Positions 18,301 to 26,643 are shown, counted from the first letter of the stretch. The stretch is 64,000 nucleotides of DNA from an uncultured Bacteroidales bacterium (GCA_902768435.1 CACXLJ010000015.1:4253-68252), one strand, 5' to 3'. The notes: generated from the letters alone by a model not told the origin. Translations and numbers: made by a program.

Positions 18301-18955
18301 TGTGACCCGGTTCATCGACTATTGCGAACTGGGCGAGAATGAAAAGGGCTACAAAGATGAAGATGAGGGCGAAACCGAATCGGTCGAGAAGGATTCCTTG
18401 CCGCAGTATTATGTGAAATCGGCTCTGCCCATGCTCAAGGTGCGGCTGCCCAAGGACTCGACGGTGAAGCAGCGCGAGGGTATGCGGTTGCACTATGTGT
18501 TCAGTCTTATCAATTATCCTGGCGATGAGGAGTTTGCCTTGCGCTATGCGCAGAAGATGCATATCGTCGATGAGGACGATACCTGGACCACTGCCCGCTT
18601 GCAAGCGGTGTTCAGCAAGATGCTCAATGACGAGGTGATGAAGCAGTGGTTTGCGCCCGACAACAAGGTGCTCAACGAGCGCTCCATCATCACTGCCACC
18701 GAGCTGTCGTTTAATAAATACCGCCCCGACCGCGTGGTGATGCGCCCCGATGGCGAAGTCATCGTCGTTGACTACAAGTTCGGTTCCAACTACTCGCCAC
18801 GGGTGCAGGCCATCAACAGGGATCAGGTGGAGAACTATGTGAACCTGTTGCGCAACATGGGTTATGAGCGCGTCAAGGGTTACCTGTGGTATGTGCGTCT
18901 CGACCGCCTCGTTACGGTAGGCGGGCAAGGCCATCAATTCAGTCTACATTTCTAA
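15341..18955 (+). CDS. UvrD-type helicase/nuclease, AddA/RecB-like
   Basis: ASAGSGKT, AITFTNKA, MIDEFQDTS, GDEKQSIYRFR, MTIHAAKGLE, YVAFTRP; C-terminal nuclease RPDRVV...VVDYK. Start at 15341 overlaps the SUI1 stop (TAATG). Confidence 0.9.
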   Translation: MKDRMNNMNQNLTQHQNKGLQVIKASAGSGKTYTLAKLYIEQLLWRTDPETGATTLRTKEKNYHEHILAITFTNKATDEMKRRIVDELYKLWQGQSKYMKDFLARHQDSEQQIQEAAHKALKEVLFNYQNFHVSTIDSFFQTVLRTFAHELDCDYDYELQLDEKYAIGVAVRKFLMNLGKEKANEHISKWVKEFVKDDVVNNGEWNFFSGRVISNLKKLAEAMNMEAFVKCRTELLNYLQHSGPGLSPIQQFKQAVLNAAQRYKDAYAGKPGTGLSPDDFGNLLSRHSLDESNLASRSALRYLLTERDPEAELNKTLIGYTLDDIANPKKCFKGDVSPSACEAIIDFRDSVIQSLNCSKALNGLVNRIWQLGMLAKIDEQLENFRKDNNSLLISDTNELIATVLDSGVPFMYERMGTWLNHFMIDEFQDTSRKQYDNFTPLLDQSLGSGYSNLIIGDEKQSIYRFRNSDPDLLQYELKKKYGLHYDDSLALEVNYRSCENIVTFNNVFFEALIKAYVQSNARFEKLANTYSHLKQLYSGNYDKLGVKGYVRVNYVYDFKDGPKRLDADGNAMKSKDQILSQLPAYILNLHQQQQIGYEDMLVLVSTHSDGNAVVERLLEHNQTAEPGDVIDVVSGESLRLKNSPAVRLVVSVLRLIDATQYSRIEDDSDGVEKLSKEGSRLLDQRLSMQYQYRVLHDFVNAVSDQAAQPDCGDALAKCFEKCKHVRELSVNEQLESFANDLTDVLPQTNKELMSLVGVVEKIIDKYVLTQGRFSAKANGKETDESSFLMAFQDCVINFAQQAQSGGTVHEFLRYWDEQSDHLSVPSSESSKAVSIMTIHAAKGLERKCVIIPFACWDMVTFNKTEWVEKDVWMSNGDPVAGVGAGGNDAIVPPLIPVDGNFLKLFPQFEDHLATIMQDSLIDNINKTYVAFTRPRQHLHIFAIVYRKECDMPESAGDWLHKLMPSLDDVSTHYFEPDADVSISKDGDVTRFIDYCELGENEKGYKDEDEGETESVEKDSLPQYYVKSALPMLKVRLPKDSTVKQREGMRLHYVFSLINYPGDEEFALRYAQKMHIVDEDDTWTTARLQAVFSKMLNDEVMKQWFAPDNKVLNERSIITATELSFNKYRPDRVVMRPDGEVIVVDYKFGSNYSPRVQAINRDQVENYVNLLRNMGYERVKGYLWYVRLDRLVTVGGQGHQFSLHF

Positions 18956-18974
18956 TCATATTTATAAAAACACA

Positions 18975-19760
18975 ATGAAAAAGTTATTTAAACAATCTAT
19001 TTTTTTGCTGCTGGCGTTCGCATTGTTTGCGGTGCCTGCCATAGCCGCCGAGGGCGAACTTGATGCCTCGACACACATCAGGTTTGAGGTGATGAATCCC
19101 CAAAATGTGAAACCTGGCGAACTCGCTTTCATCTACATTATTTTGGATAACCCCAATGTGGAGTATGCTTCGATTCAAAGCGAATTTGCCTATCCTCAGG
19201 GCTGGACTGCTGAGAAATTCTCTCAGAAGGATGCCGGCATTGGCACAAAGCCCCTCAAGGCATATTGCCAGCTTATTCCCGAAGGCCGTCTCGATGAGTA
19301 CTATAACGAAGAGACCGAAGAAAGCTTTACTGCCTTCACAATCATTGGCAACAATCCTACCGAGAGCACATTCCGCTTTGCAATCTATGACAGCAACGCC
19401 GAAGGCAAGACGATTGCTGTGGGCAACGATGCCCTCGCGCTGTTTGCCGTCCGTGTTCCCGCCGATGCCACTCCCGGCAATTACACTATCAATGCTTATG
19501 ACATCTGGCTTGCTACGGGCGAGCCCAACAATGTGGGCGATGGTGGCATCGACCCGTTCACATTTACGGTCACGGTCAATGAATCGTTCATGCAAGGCGA
19601 TGTGAACGGCGACGGCGAGGTGGATGTGCGCGACATTACTGCCCTTATTGATGTGATCATGAACTCGATCACCGATAACCCCCGTGCCGATGTGAATGCC
19701 GACAAGGATATTGATGTGCGCGACATCACCGCCCTCATCGACATCATCATGAACAGCTGA
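18975..19760 (+). CDS. Secreted cohesin-like + C-terminal dockerin type I protein
   Basis: Signal peptide; beta-rich domain ('VKPGE..FIYIILDN...IQSEFAYPQG...FAVRVPADATPGNYTI'); two Ca-binding repeats GDVNGDGEVDVRDITALID / ADVNADKDIDVRDITALID. The dockerin call is secure; the cohesin call is by pattern only. Confidence 0.75.
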   Translation: MKKLFKQSIFLLLAFALFAVPAIAAEGELDASTHIRFEVMNPQNVKPGELAFIYIILDNPNVEYASIQSEFAYPQGWTAEKFSQKDAGIGTKPLKAYCQLIPEGRLDEYYNEETEESFTAFTIIGNNPTESTFRFAIYDSNAEGKTIAVGNDALALFAVRVPADATPGNYTINAYDIWLATGEPNNVGDGGIDPFTFTVTVNESFMQGDVNGDGEVDVRDITALIDVIMNSITDNPRADVNADKDIDVRDITALIDIIMNS

Positions 19761-19839
19761 TTCTCGGTAGAGCAGTAAACTAGTAGAATTGTAAAGTAGA
19801 TACTAGAAAAGCTGTGTAACTATTGAATCAATACACTCT

Positions 19840-19887
19840 GTAGGGTCGCCACCTGTGGCGACCGAATGATGCCATTCATGGCGACCG
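19840..19887 (+). repeat. REP-like palindrome (GTAG type)
   Basis: gtagggtcgccac-ct-gtggcgacc, with a second tggcgaccg at 19879-19887. Confidence 0.55.
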
Positions 19888-19922
19888 CAACTGCAAAATA
19901 CAATTTTTCACCATTCAATACC

Positions 19923-19958
19923 CAGAGGGGCGGTATCACTTGCCGCCCCTCTGCTTTT
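19923..19958 (+). terminator. Intrinsic terminator
   Basis: cagaggggcgg-tatcacttg-ccgcccctctg followed by ctttt. Confidence 0.75.
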
Positions 19959-20133
19959 ATGCCTAAAGGTCAATTTGCAGGTAATCTCTTGAACCAGAAA
20001 GGAGTTATCTCCCCATGGTAGGGGCGTTTGGTGGCTTATTCCATTTTTAATATGCAAAAAAGTGACTTATTCCATTTTAGGATTTTGTGGATATTTTTTC
20101 TTGCAAGAATTTCATAATTTCAGAAAAAAGTAG

Positions 20134-20141
20134 TAAATTTG
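20134..20141 (+). promoter_or_regulatory. Bacteroidota -7 promoter element for the island operon
   Basis: TAAATTTG, about 330 nt upstream of the first CDS. Confidence 0.55.
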
Positions 20142-20471
20142 CAATGTGAGAAAATAGATTTTTGCCTCTTATCAGTCATGGTCTATCACTCACAGCCCAC
20201 GTCGAAGTGTCGCAACCATTTGTAGGGTCGCGTGAAGACCGAGGGTGGGAAAGACATATAAAATAAGGCGTTTTCTGAACGCTTTGGTTTTGACCGTATA
20301 AGAATCTCGCAAGTTCTTTTATAGTGAAAGTCAAAAACAAAGCAACGAGAACGCCCCGTAGGGTGATAATTTTCCCCTCTTGACCATCAAGGGGTGAGTT
20401 ATATATCATCGACGTGGGGCTTTCAGCGTTGCTCGTTCTAACTTTCCGGGCAATGCGAGAGCCTTTATACG

Positions 20472-21158
20472 GTGGAACCGAGCAGCAAGAATCGGCTCCA
20501 TGTTGACATTGTTATGTGCATTGATTGCACTGGGAGTATGGGAGGTCTTCTTGACACTGTAAAAACAAATGCCTTAAAGTTTTATCCAGACCTTAAAGAA
20601 AGGTGTGATGCTAAAGGCAAGGAAATATCAGAATTGCGTATTCGAGTAATTGGGTTCCGCGATTTCTACGCTGATGAATCGGATGCAATTCAGGATTCTG
20701 GGTTTTTCAGAATTCCAGACCAGGAGTCTGAGTTTAAAAATTTTGTAAATGGTCTGTCGCCTATGGGTGGTGGTGACGAGCCGGAGAATGGGTTAGAGGC
20801 ATTGGCAATGGCCATTAATTCAGACTGGACAAAAGGAGGAGACAAGAGAAGGCATGTAGTTGTCGTCTGGTCAGACGCATCAACTCATCCAGTTGGATTG
20901 GACAAGTGTAAAAATGAGTATTACCCTCAAGACATGCCTAACAGTTTTGATGAACTTACTGACTGGTGGGACAATGATCAATCTGGAAAAATGAATAAAT
21001 CGGCTAAGAGGTTGGTGATTTTTGCTCCAGATGCAAGTGCGTGGTCTGAAATAGGTATTAATTGGAATAATACTATTCATCATCCTGCAAAAGCTGGGCA
21101 AGGTCTAGAAGAGGTCGATTATGAAACGATTATGTCAACTATTGTCAATTCTATATAA
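20472..21158 (+). CDS. von Willebrand factor A (vWA) domain protein
   Basis: VDIVMCIDCTGSM MIDAS-like motif; RIRVIGFRD; GGGDEPE; VVVWSDA. GTG start, no in-frame ATG upstream before a stop at 20439. Confidence 0.85.
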   Translation: MEPSSKNRLHVDIVMCIDCTGSMGGLLDTVKTNALKFYPDLKERCDAKGKEISELRIRVIGFRDFYADESDAIQDSGFFRIPDQESEFKNFVNGLSPMGGGDEPENGLEALAMAINSDWTKGGDKRRHVVVVWSDASTHPVGLDKCKNEYYPQDMPNSFDELTDWWDNDQSGKMNKSAKRLVIFAPDASAWSEIGINWNNTIHHPAKAGQGLEEVDYETIMSTIVNSI

Positions 21159-22194
21159 GAAACTTTTTAAAAATAGGAATTGCAAGGTGGAAAACGAACC
21201 GATTAGCTTTTCTTTTATGACAGAGAAGAAGCCTGGATTTGGTGAAGATGCAGACCCCATTCGTTTAATTTTAACAATAGAAAAGGCTTATGCCGTTGGA
21301 GTTTTTGACGGAATGGGAGGTGCAGGCTCGGCTATCTGTGATTCTTCTTATGGAGAACATTCGAAAGCTTATGTTGCTTCAAGGACGGTACAATCTTCAT
21401 TGATGGAATATCTTAATAATCATCTTCCTACTAACGATGTTTCCGAAGAAGATATGAAGACTGTTATTGAAAACGGACTAAGCAAAGAGAAAAAGTCACA
21501 TCCTCCTAAAGTTGAAACGGCTTTGCGAAGTAAACTTGTTCGCGATTATCCAACGACTATGGCAATGGTCGTTCTTCATGTACAAGATGAAAAATATCAA
21601 GTGGATAGTTACTGGGCCGGTGATTCACGCTGTTATCTTTGGACAAAAGACAAGTTCTTCCAAATCAGCAAAGATGATTTAGAAGAGTCAAATGATCCGA
21701 TGGAGAATCTCAACAACGATTCACCCTTATCTAACTGCGTATGTTTGGATCGGGATTTCACGATTCGTCATAAATGTATACCATTAGAAGGGAAAGAGCC
21801 TGTTGTTATTTTGAGTGCTACGGACGGATGTTTTGGCTACTATCCAACACCGATGCATTTTGAATATGTCTTGAAAAACTGTCTGATAGATGCAAAAGAC
21901 GCAACAGACTGGGGTGATAAAGTGAAAGAGTGCATTACAAAGGTAGCGGGAGACGACACATCTTTGTCTTTGATCGCATTGGGTTTTGCTTCTTTTGATG
22001 ACTTGAAACAAAATTTTAGCGAGATTTCCGATACAATTAACAAGATGATTGATGCTCAAAAAGCAATGGAAGGTGCTCGTGAAGAGTTGAACCGATCTTC
22101 ATGCGTTTATGAGCAGTCAAAAAAAGATAGTTGGGAGATTTATAAACGAGATTACATGAAATACATTAGCGACGTAAATAATGGCACTACTTAA
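21121..22194 (+). CDS. PP2C/SpoIIE-like Ser/Thr protein phosphatase
   Basis: GVFDGMGG, PTTMA, WAGDSRCY, ATDG, GDDTS. True start may be GTG 21187 or ATG 21217. Confidence 0.85.
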   Translation: MKRLCQLLSILYKKLFKNRNCKVENEPISFSFMTEKKPGFGEDADPIRLILTIEKAYAVGVFDGMGGAGSAICDSSYGEHSKAYVASRTVQSSLMEYLNNHLPTNDVSEEDMKTVIENGLSKEKKSHPPKVETALRSKLVRDYPTTMAMVVLHVQDEKYQVDSYWAGDSRCYLWTKDKFFQISKDDLEESNDPMENLNNDSPLSNCVCLDRDFTIRHKCIPLEGKEPVVILSATDGCFGYYPTPMHFEYVLKNCLIDAKDATDWGDKVKECITKVAGDDTSLSLIALGFASFDDLKQNFSEISDTINKMIDAQKAMEGAREELNRSSCVYEQSKKDSWEIYKRDYMKYISDVNNGTT

Positions 22195-23233
22195 AGGAGA
22201 GGTAATAAACGGCTACACAATATTGCAAGACTTCATTGTGGCCGGTGGCATGAGTAAGATTTCATTTGCAGAAAAGAGTGGCAAGGAATATTTCATTAAA
22301 GAATTCCTGTCACCCAAGTATCCTTTGCCCGATAGTCCAGGCAGTGAGAAGATGAAAGCCCAAAGGCGTGTGGCATGTGAAGCCTTTGAAAAACATCATC
22401 GAGAACTTAACAAAAAGATAAGCACAAAAGTATCACTTGGCGGTAATCTTGTTTTTGCAATAGACTTTTTCCGCTCTGGTACTTGTTATTACAAGGTGAC
22501 AGAGAAGATTGATACAGCATCTCTATCATGTGAAGAAATATCTAAACTACCACCTGATAAAATTCTTATCATTGCAAAGTCGGTTTGTCATAGCGTTCGC
22601 ATCCTTCATGATTTAAATATCGTTCATGGTGATTTGAAACCGGATAACATTCTTATTAAGAAAACAACTACTGGATACTCCGGAAAATTAATTGATTTTG
22701 ATGATAGTTATTTTAGTGGCAATCCCTCAGAAGACCGAGAAAGCCTTGTTGGCACTCCAGAATATTACTCGCCAGAGCAGGCCGCTTATGTCATGGATGA
22801 AGACGAGGAGATATCTGGTTCTACATTGACATTGAAATCTGACATCTTTACTCTTGGCATCATCCTGTGTGAATATTTCACAGGAAAAAAACCCATTTTA
22901 CCGTCTGATTGTAGCAACACTTGGATATGTGTTGAAAGCGGCAAATCTTTTTCGTATGCAAAAACCTTACCGGAATGCATTAAGGATTTAATTGGTTGTA
23001 TGCTAAGAAGGAGTCCCAACGAGCGACCGACTATAAATGAGGTGTTTGAGAAACTCAAGGGGTTTAAGGACAGTGATTTTTTGCTTGTTCATGAAGACAA
23101 ACATATTGCTGGCACTATTAAGGATGGCTCCGTGGATAAGCCCAAACTTCGTAGTACTTATAAGAAGAAAGTTGAAGAGAAAACTCAAAAAGGAAAACTG
23201 AGAAGCAAGACATGGAAAATGAAGACAGACTAA
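22181..23233 (+). CDS. Hanks-type Ser/Thr protein kinase
   Basis: GGMSKI, FIKEF, HGDLKPDN, LIDFD, GTPEYYSPE, SDIFTLG; 14-nt overlap with the phosphatase gene. Confidence 0.92.
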   Translation: MALLKGEVINGYTILQDFIVAGGMSKISFAEKSGKEYFIKEFLSPKYPLPDSPGSEKMKAQRRVACEAFEKHHRELNKKISTKVSLGGNLVFAIDFFRSGTCYYKVTEKIDTASLSCEEISKLPPDKILIIAKSVCHSVRILHDLNIVHGDLKPDNILIKKTTTGYSGKLIDFDDSYFSGNPSEDRESLVGTPEYYSPEQAAYVMDEDEEISGSTLTLKSDIFTLGIILCEYFTGKKPILPSDCSNTWICVESGKSFSYAKTLPECIKDLIGCMLRRSPNERPTINEVFEKLKGFKDSDFLLVHEDKHIAGTIKDGSVDKPKLRSTYKKKVEEKTQKGKLRSKTWKMKTD

Positions 23234-23323
23234 TAGACTTGCAATATGATTTTCATCTAAGACACCGATAGTGAGACTAAGGGAATCTAGATTGATATTT
23301 ATTAGATTATTTAGAACGAATTT

Positions 23324-24103
23324 ATGATAGGCGGCATAATTGGAGATATTGTAGGCAGTATATACGAAGATGGGAATATGAAGAGTAAAGATTTCCCTCT
23401 TTGGGGTGAAGGCTGTCATTTCACTGATGACACGGTTTTAACTGTGGCAACCGCCGATTGTATCCTTAAAGGCGGTAGATTTGAAGACTATTATTATTCT
23501 TATACAAGTCAATTCCCCTCATGCGGATATGGTACTAATTTTATGAAATGGTACTTCACTCGAAAATTTAGAAATCAGTTTGTGCCTTATCAAAGTTTCG
23601 GAAATGGCTCCGCCATGAGGGTTGGACCAGTTGGTTGGGGTTATGAAAGAATGACAGATGTTTTAGATAAGAGTCGGGATTCTGCAATATGTACACACAA
23701 TCATGAAGAGGGCGTACGAGGAGCTCAAGCTATTGCAACTTGTGTTTTTCTTGCAAGAAAAAATGAATCTAAAGGGCATATAAAGAGATTTGTCGAGGAG
23801 AAGTTCAGTTATAATCTTGATTGTTCCCTTGAAGATGGCCAAAAGAATCATAAATGGAATGCCACTAGCATGCAAACTGTTCCACAGGCAATTACGGCAT
23901 TCTTGGAGAGTGACAATTACGAAGACTGCGTAAGAAATGCCATTGCAATAGGTGGGGATTCAGACACACTTGCTTGTATGGCGGGTTCTATTGCGGAGGC
24001 GTATTATGGTGTGCCTTCTGAATTGCGTGAAAAGGCATACACATACCTCCCAGAGAAAATTATTGAAGTTATTGAAAAGTTTGAGTTTAGATTTGGGAAA
24101 TAA
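23324..24103 (+). CDS. ADP-ribosylglycohydrolase (DraG/ARH family)
   Basis: GDIVG, TDDT, GNGSAMR, THNH, GGDSDT motifs all present. Confidence 0.92.
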   Translation: MIGGIIGDIVGSIYEDGNMKSKDFPLWGEGCHFTDDTVLTVATADCILKGGRFEDYYYSYTSQFPSCGYGTNFMKWYFTRKFRNQFVPYQSFGNGSAMRVGPVGWGYERMTDVLDKSRDSAICTHNHEEGVRGAQAIATCVFLARKNESKGHIKRFVEEKFSYNLDCSLEDGQKNHKWNATSMQTVPQAITAFLESDNYEDCVRNAIAIGGDSDTLACMAGSIAEAYYGVPSELREKAYTYLPEKIIEVIEKFEFRFGK

Positions 24104-24117
24104 TTCTAATATTATAT

Positions 24118-25227
24118 ATGAGCTGGATTTGCCATAGGTGTGAAACAGAAAACCCTGACTCTGTAGATGTTTGTGAGGTTTGTGACGCTCAAGCTCCACG
24201 AATCAATAGTTTTATTTATGATAGAGTAATCAATGATGATTCTACTGTTATACGATGGAATGCTGAGTGTTGCGATAGAGTCGTGATAGTTTATAGAGAA
24301 AAACAGTATGATGTTACGGATATGAATTCCTATAAACTGGAGATAGAATCATTTGAAGATGAGGCTGTACAATTCCTGCTTTCGAGTGATGTGACAGATG
24401 ATAGGAGATTCAGTTTTGTTATGCATCTTTTCCGTGCTCCAATTATAGAGTTCAGTGCGGATAAACTAAAATTAAAAAGAGGCGAACAAACAAGTATAGT
24501 GTTATCTTGGAGAATTTATAATGCGAGTAGCTCAGTTTTAAGGTCTTTGAATGAGACCATAAGAATAAGTGATCATGGGACTAAAACTGTGTTTCACGAT
24601 ACTGCGTGTGAATATACTATAGAAGCTACTGCGTTAGATGGTGAGACATTGTTTTCAAAGCAGGTTAGTATAAAGGTGTTTGATGAGTGTGAGATTGAGT
24701 TTGAAGCGGAAAAGTATTTTGTTTTCCCTTCTGTTCCAGTCAAGTTGTCGTGGAATGTGAAACATGCTAAAAAGGTGTGGCTTGATTCGGCCGAGGTGAA
24801 AACGAAAGGTTCGAAAACAGTTAAACCGGTCAAGAATTCAACCTACACCATCAAGGCTGAAGATGAATTTGGGATTAAAGAAGAACAAATTGAAATTCAG
24901 ATGCTTCCAATCCCACAAGTCAAAAGCATACTAGTGCCGACACCAACTATAACCAACAATATGGCTATCAATGTAAAGCAGCCACGATATAATGTAAATG
25001 TCAAATTCCCCAAGATTAATATGCCGCTTGTTGATACAGAGGTTCCTCATGTGCCCAAGTTCCCGGAAATGGGTTTGGGCGTTGACATAGAACCTCCACA
25101 GGTCGCCTCGCTGACTGATTTGGGGCTTAATGTTGAGCTATCTCCACCATTACCCAGGTTTAGTCTGAAGGAGTCAATAAAAAAAGTATTTAATCACATA
25201 AAAAATAAAGACAATGAAAAACATTAA
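24118..25227 (+). CDS. RanBP2-type zinc finger + Ig/PKD-like repeats + Pro-rich tail
   Basis: W-I-C-HR-C-ETE-N-PDSVDV-C-EV-C matches WxCx2Cx3Nx6Cx2C; repeated 'IEF.A......V.LSW...YTI.A' modules. Confidence 0.7.
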   Translation: MSWICHRCETENPDSVDVCEVCDAQAPRINSFIYDRVINDDSTVIRWNAECCDRVVIVYREKQYDVTDMNSYKLEIESFEDEAVQFLLSSDVTDDRRFSFVMHLFRAPIIEFSADKLKLKRGEQTSIVLSWRIYNASSSVLRSLNETIRISDHGTKTVFHDTACEYTIEATALDGETLFSKQVSIKVFDECEIEFEAEKYFVFPSVPVKLSWNVKHAKKVWLDSAEVKTKGSKTVKPVKNSTYTIKAEDEFGIKEEQIEIQMLPIPQVKSILVPTPTITNNMAINVKQPRYNVNVKFPKINMPLVDTEVPHVPKFPEMGLGVDIEPPQVASLTDLGLNVELSPPLPRFSLKESIKKVFNHIKNKDNEKH

Positions 25228-26467
25228 TAGAAATGTTGCCGATAACGAAGAAACAATCGTGAAGTCGGGTGGTCACATCAATGAATTCTTGTGGCTTTGT
25301 GCTGGGGTGAACCGAAGAGTGCTTCGTCAATGTCCGACCGATTATGCAAAATATGCTGGAATAGGAGGTACCATACTTTTCACTGCACTGATGGCCATAT
25401 TATCTGGTGGTTATGCGTTTTATACCATATTCAACAACCAATTGACAGCCGTGTTTTTTGGCATTTTTTGGGGGCTCTTGATTTTTAATCTCGATCGATT
25501 TATGGTGAACACTATGTATTCAGATGGTACACATAAAATTACCAAAGATGAGCTAAAAGGAGGTATTCCGAGAATTATATTAGCAATTTTTCTTGGCATA
25601 GTCATATCTACTCCTATTGAAATGAGAATCTTTAAAGATAAGATACAAACACAATTGATGATTGAGCAAGGGAAAACTGAGAAAAAAATTGATGCCGAGT
25701 ATCGTGATTTGACAAGAGAAATAAATGAATTATCTCGTGAGAAGAATCATAATGATTCACTTTTACGTGTTAAACAGGACCAATTAGTTGCTATTTCAGA
25801 TTCTTTACAAGCGGAGTATAATGGACGTAGAACCTCTGGGCAACGAGGAAATGGAATAATTTATAAAGAGCTTGAGAAGAAAAAGAAAGAATTAGAGCGT
25901 CAAGTAGGTAATCTAGAAAAAGAAACTAAGCAAAAGAATGATGCCATTGATATAAGGTTGAATCCGAAAATAAAAGAACAGAATAATTATGAGAAACAAA
26001 AACACAAGGCACTGCAATCGGAAAGAGGATTTACTGCAGAGTTGAGGGCTTTATACGAGCTGACATCTCCGAAAGAATCTTTAATTCTTTTCATTTCAAG
26101 AATGATGATAATGTTGCTTTTCATTACTATTGAAGTTATTCCAACATTCTTTAAGATGATGATTGCATCGGGGCCATACGATGATTTGTTGAGGGCGGAG
26201 ATGCATAAAGCCAGGGTGTTGGCCGACAAGCGGATTTCTGATTTGAACGATGAGGTTAATACGCAGGTTCAAATTTCAACTGCTAAGAATAAAGAACGGC
26301 TTGAGACTGAGGTGACAGCCAATAAGGAATTGATGAAGAAACTTGCCAAGACTCAAGCTGAATTGTTGCAAAACGCTATTGACAAGTGGAAAGAGGATGA
26401 AATGACAAAAATAGCTCAAGACCCGTCGCTTTATATCAAAGGAAATCATCAACCTGACGATAATTAA
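25214..26467 (+). CDS. DUF4407-like membrane protein with coiled coil
   Basis: 'FLWLCAGVN...KYAGIGG...WGLLIFNLDRF...PRIILA...ISTPIEMRIF'; long coiled coil; 14-nt overlap with the upstream gene. Confidence 0.8.
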   Translation: MKNINRNVADNEETIVKSGGHINEFLWLCAGVNRRVLRQCPTDYAKYAGIGGTILFTALMAILSGGYAFYTIFNNQLTAVFFGIFWGLLIFNLDRFMVNTMYSDGTHKITKDELKGGIPRIILAIFLGIVISTPIEMRIFKDKIQTQLMIEQGKTEKKIDAEYRDLTREINELSREKNHNDSLLRVKQDQLVAISDSLQAEYNGRRTSGQRGNGIIYKELEKKKKELERQVGNLEKETKQKNDAIDIRLNPKIKEQNNYEKQKHKALQSERGFTAELRALYELTSPKESLILFISRMMIMLLFITIEVIPTFFKMMIASGPYDDLLRAEMHKARVLADKRISDLNDEVNTQVQISTAKNKERLETEVTANKELMKKLAKTQAELLQNAIDKWKEDEMTKIAQDPSLYIKGNHQPDDN

Positions 26468-26469
26468 TC

Positions 26470-26631
26470 ATGAAAATACCAGGACTAACATTTTCATGGA
26501 AACGGGCCTTAGGCATTACGCAGGCGAGACAACGGCTTGCACGCAAAATAGGTGTACCTACATCTAAAGCAGGCTTGGAGCGCAAAATTGGCAATAAGAT
26601 TATTTCTGTGTTTTTTGGTAAGAAAAAGTAA
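26470..26631 (+). CDS. Small basic hypothetical protein, 53 aa (not in the ORF track)
   Basis: MKIPGLTFSWKRALGITQARQRLARKIGVPTSKAGLERKIGNKIISVFFGKKK fills the gap between two operon genes exactly. Confidence 0.75.
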   Translation: MKIPGLTFSWKRALGITQARQRLARKIGVPTSKAGLERKIGNKIISVFFGKKK

Positions 26632-26643
26632 GATTTATATACA

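Noticed and set aside
20176-20409. 77-aa minus-strand ORF in the island leader
   Set aside because: No recognisable motif or coding bias, and it is antisense to the operon; the region is better explained as a leader. Translation is not excluded.
26118-26467. Return to somewhat higher GC at the DUF4407 3' end as a second mosaic junction
   Set aside because: The shift is gradual and mild by eye and cannot be supported without computing composition.
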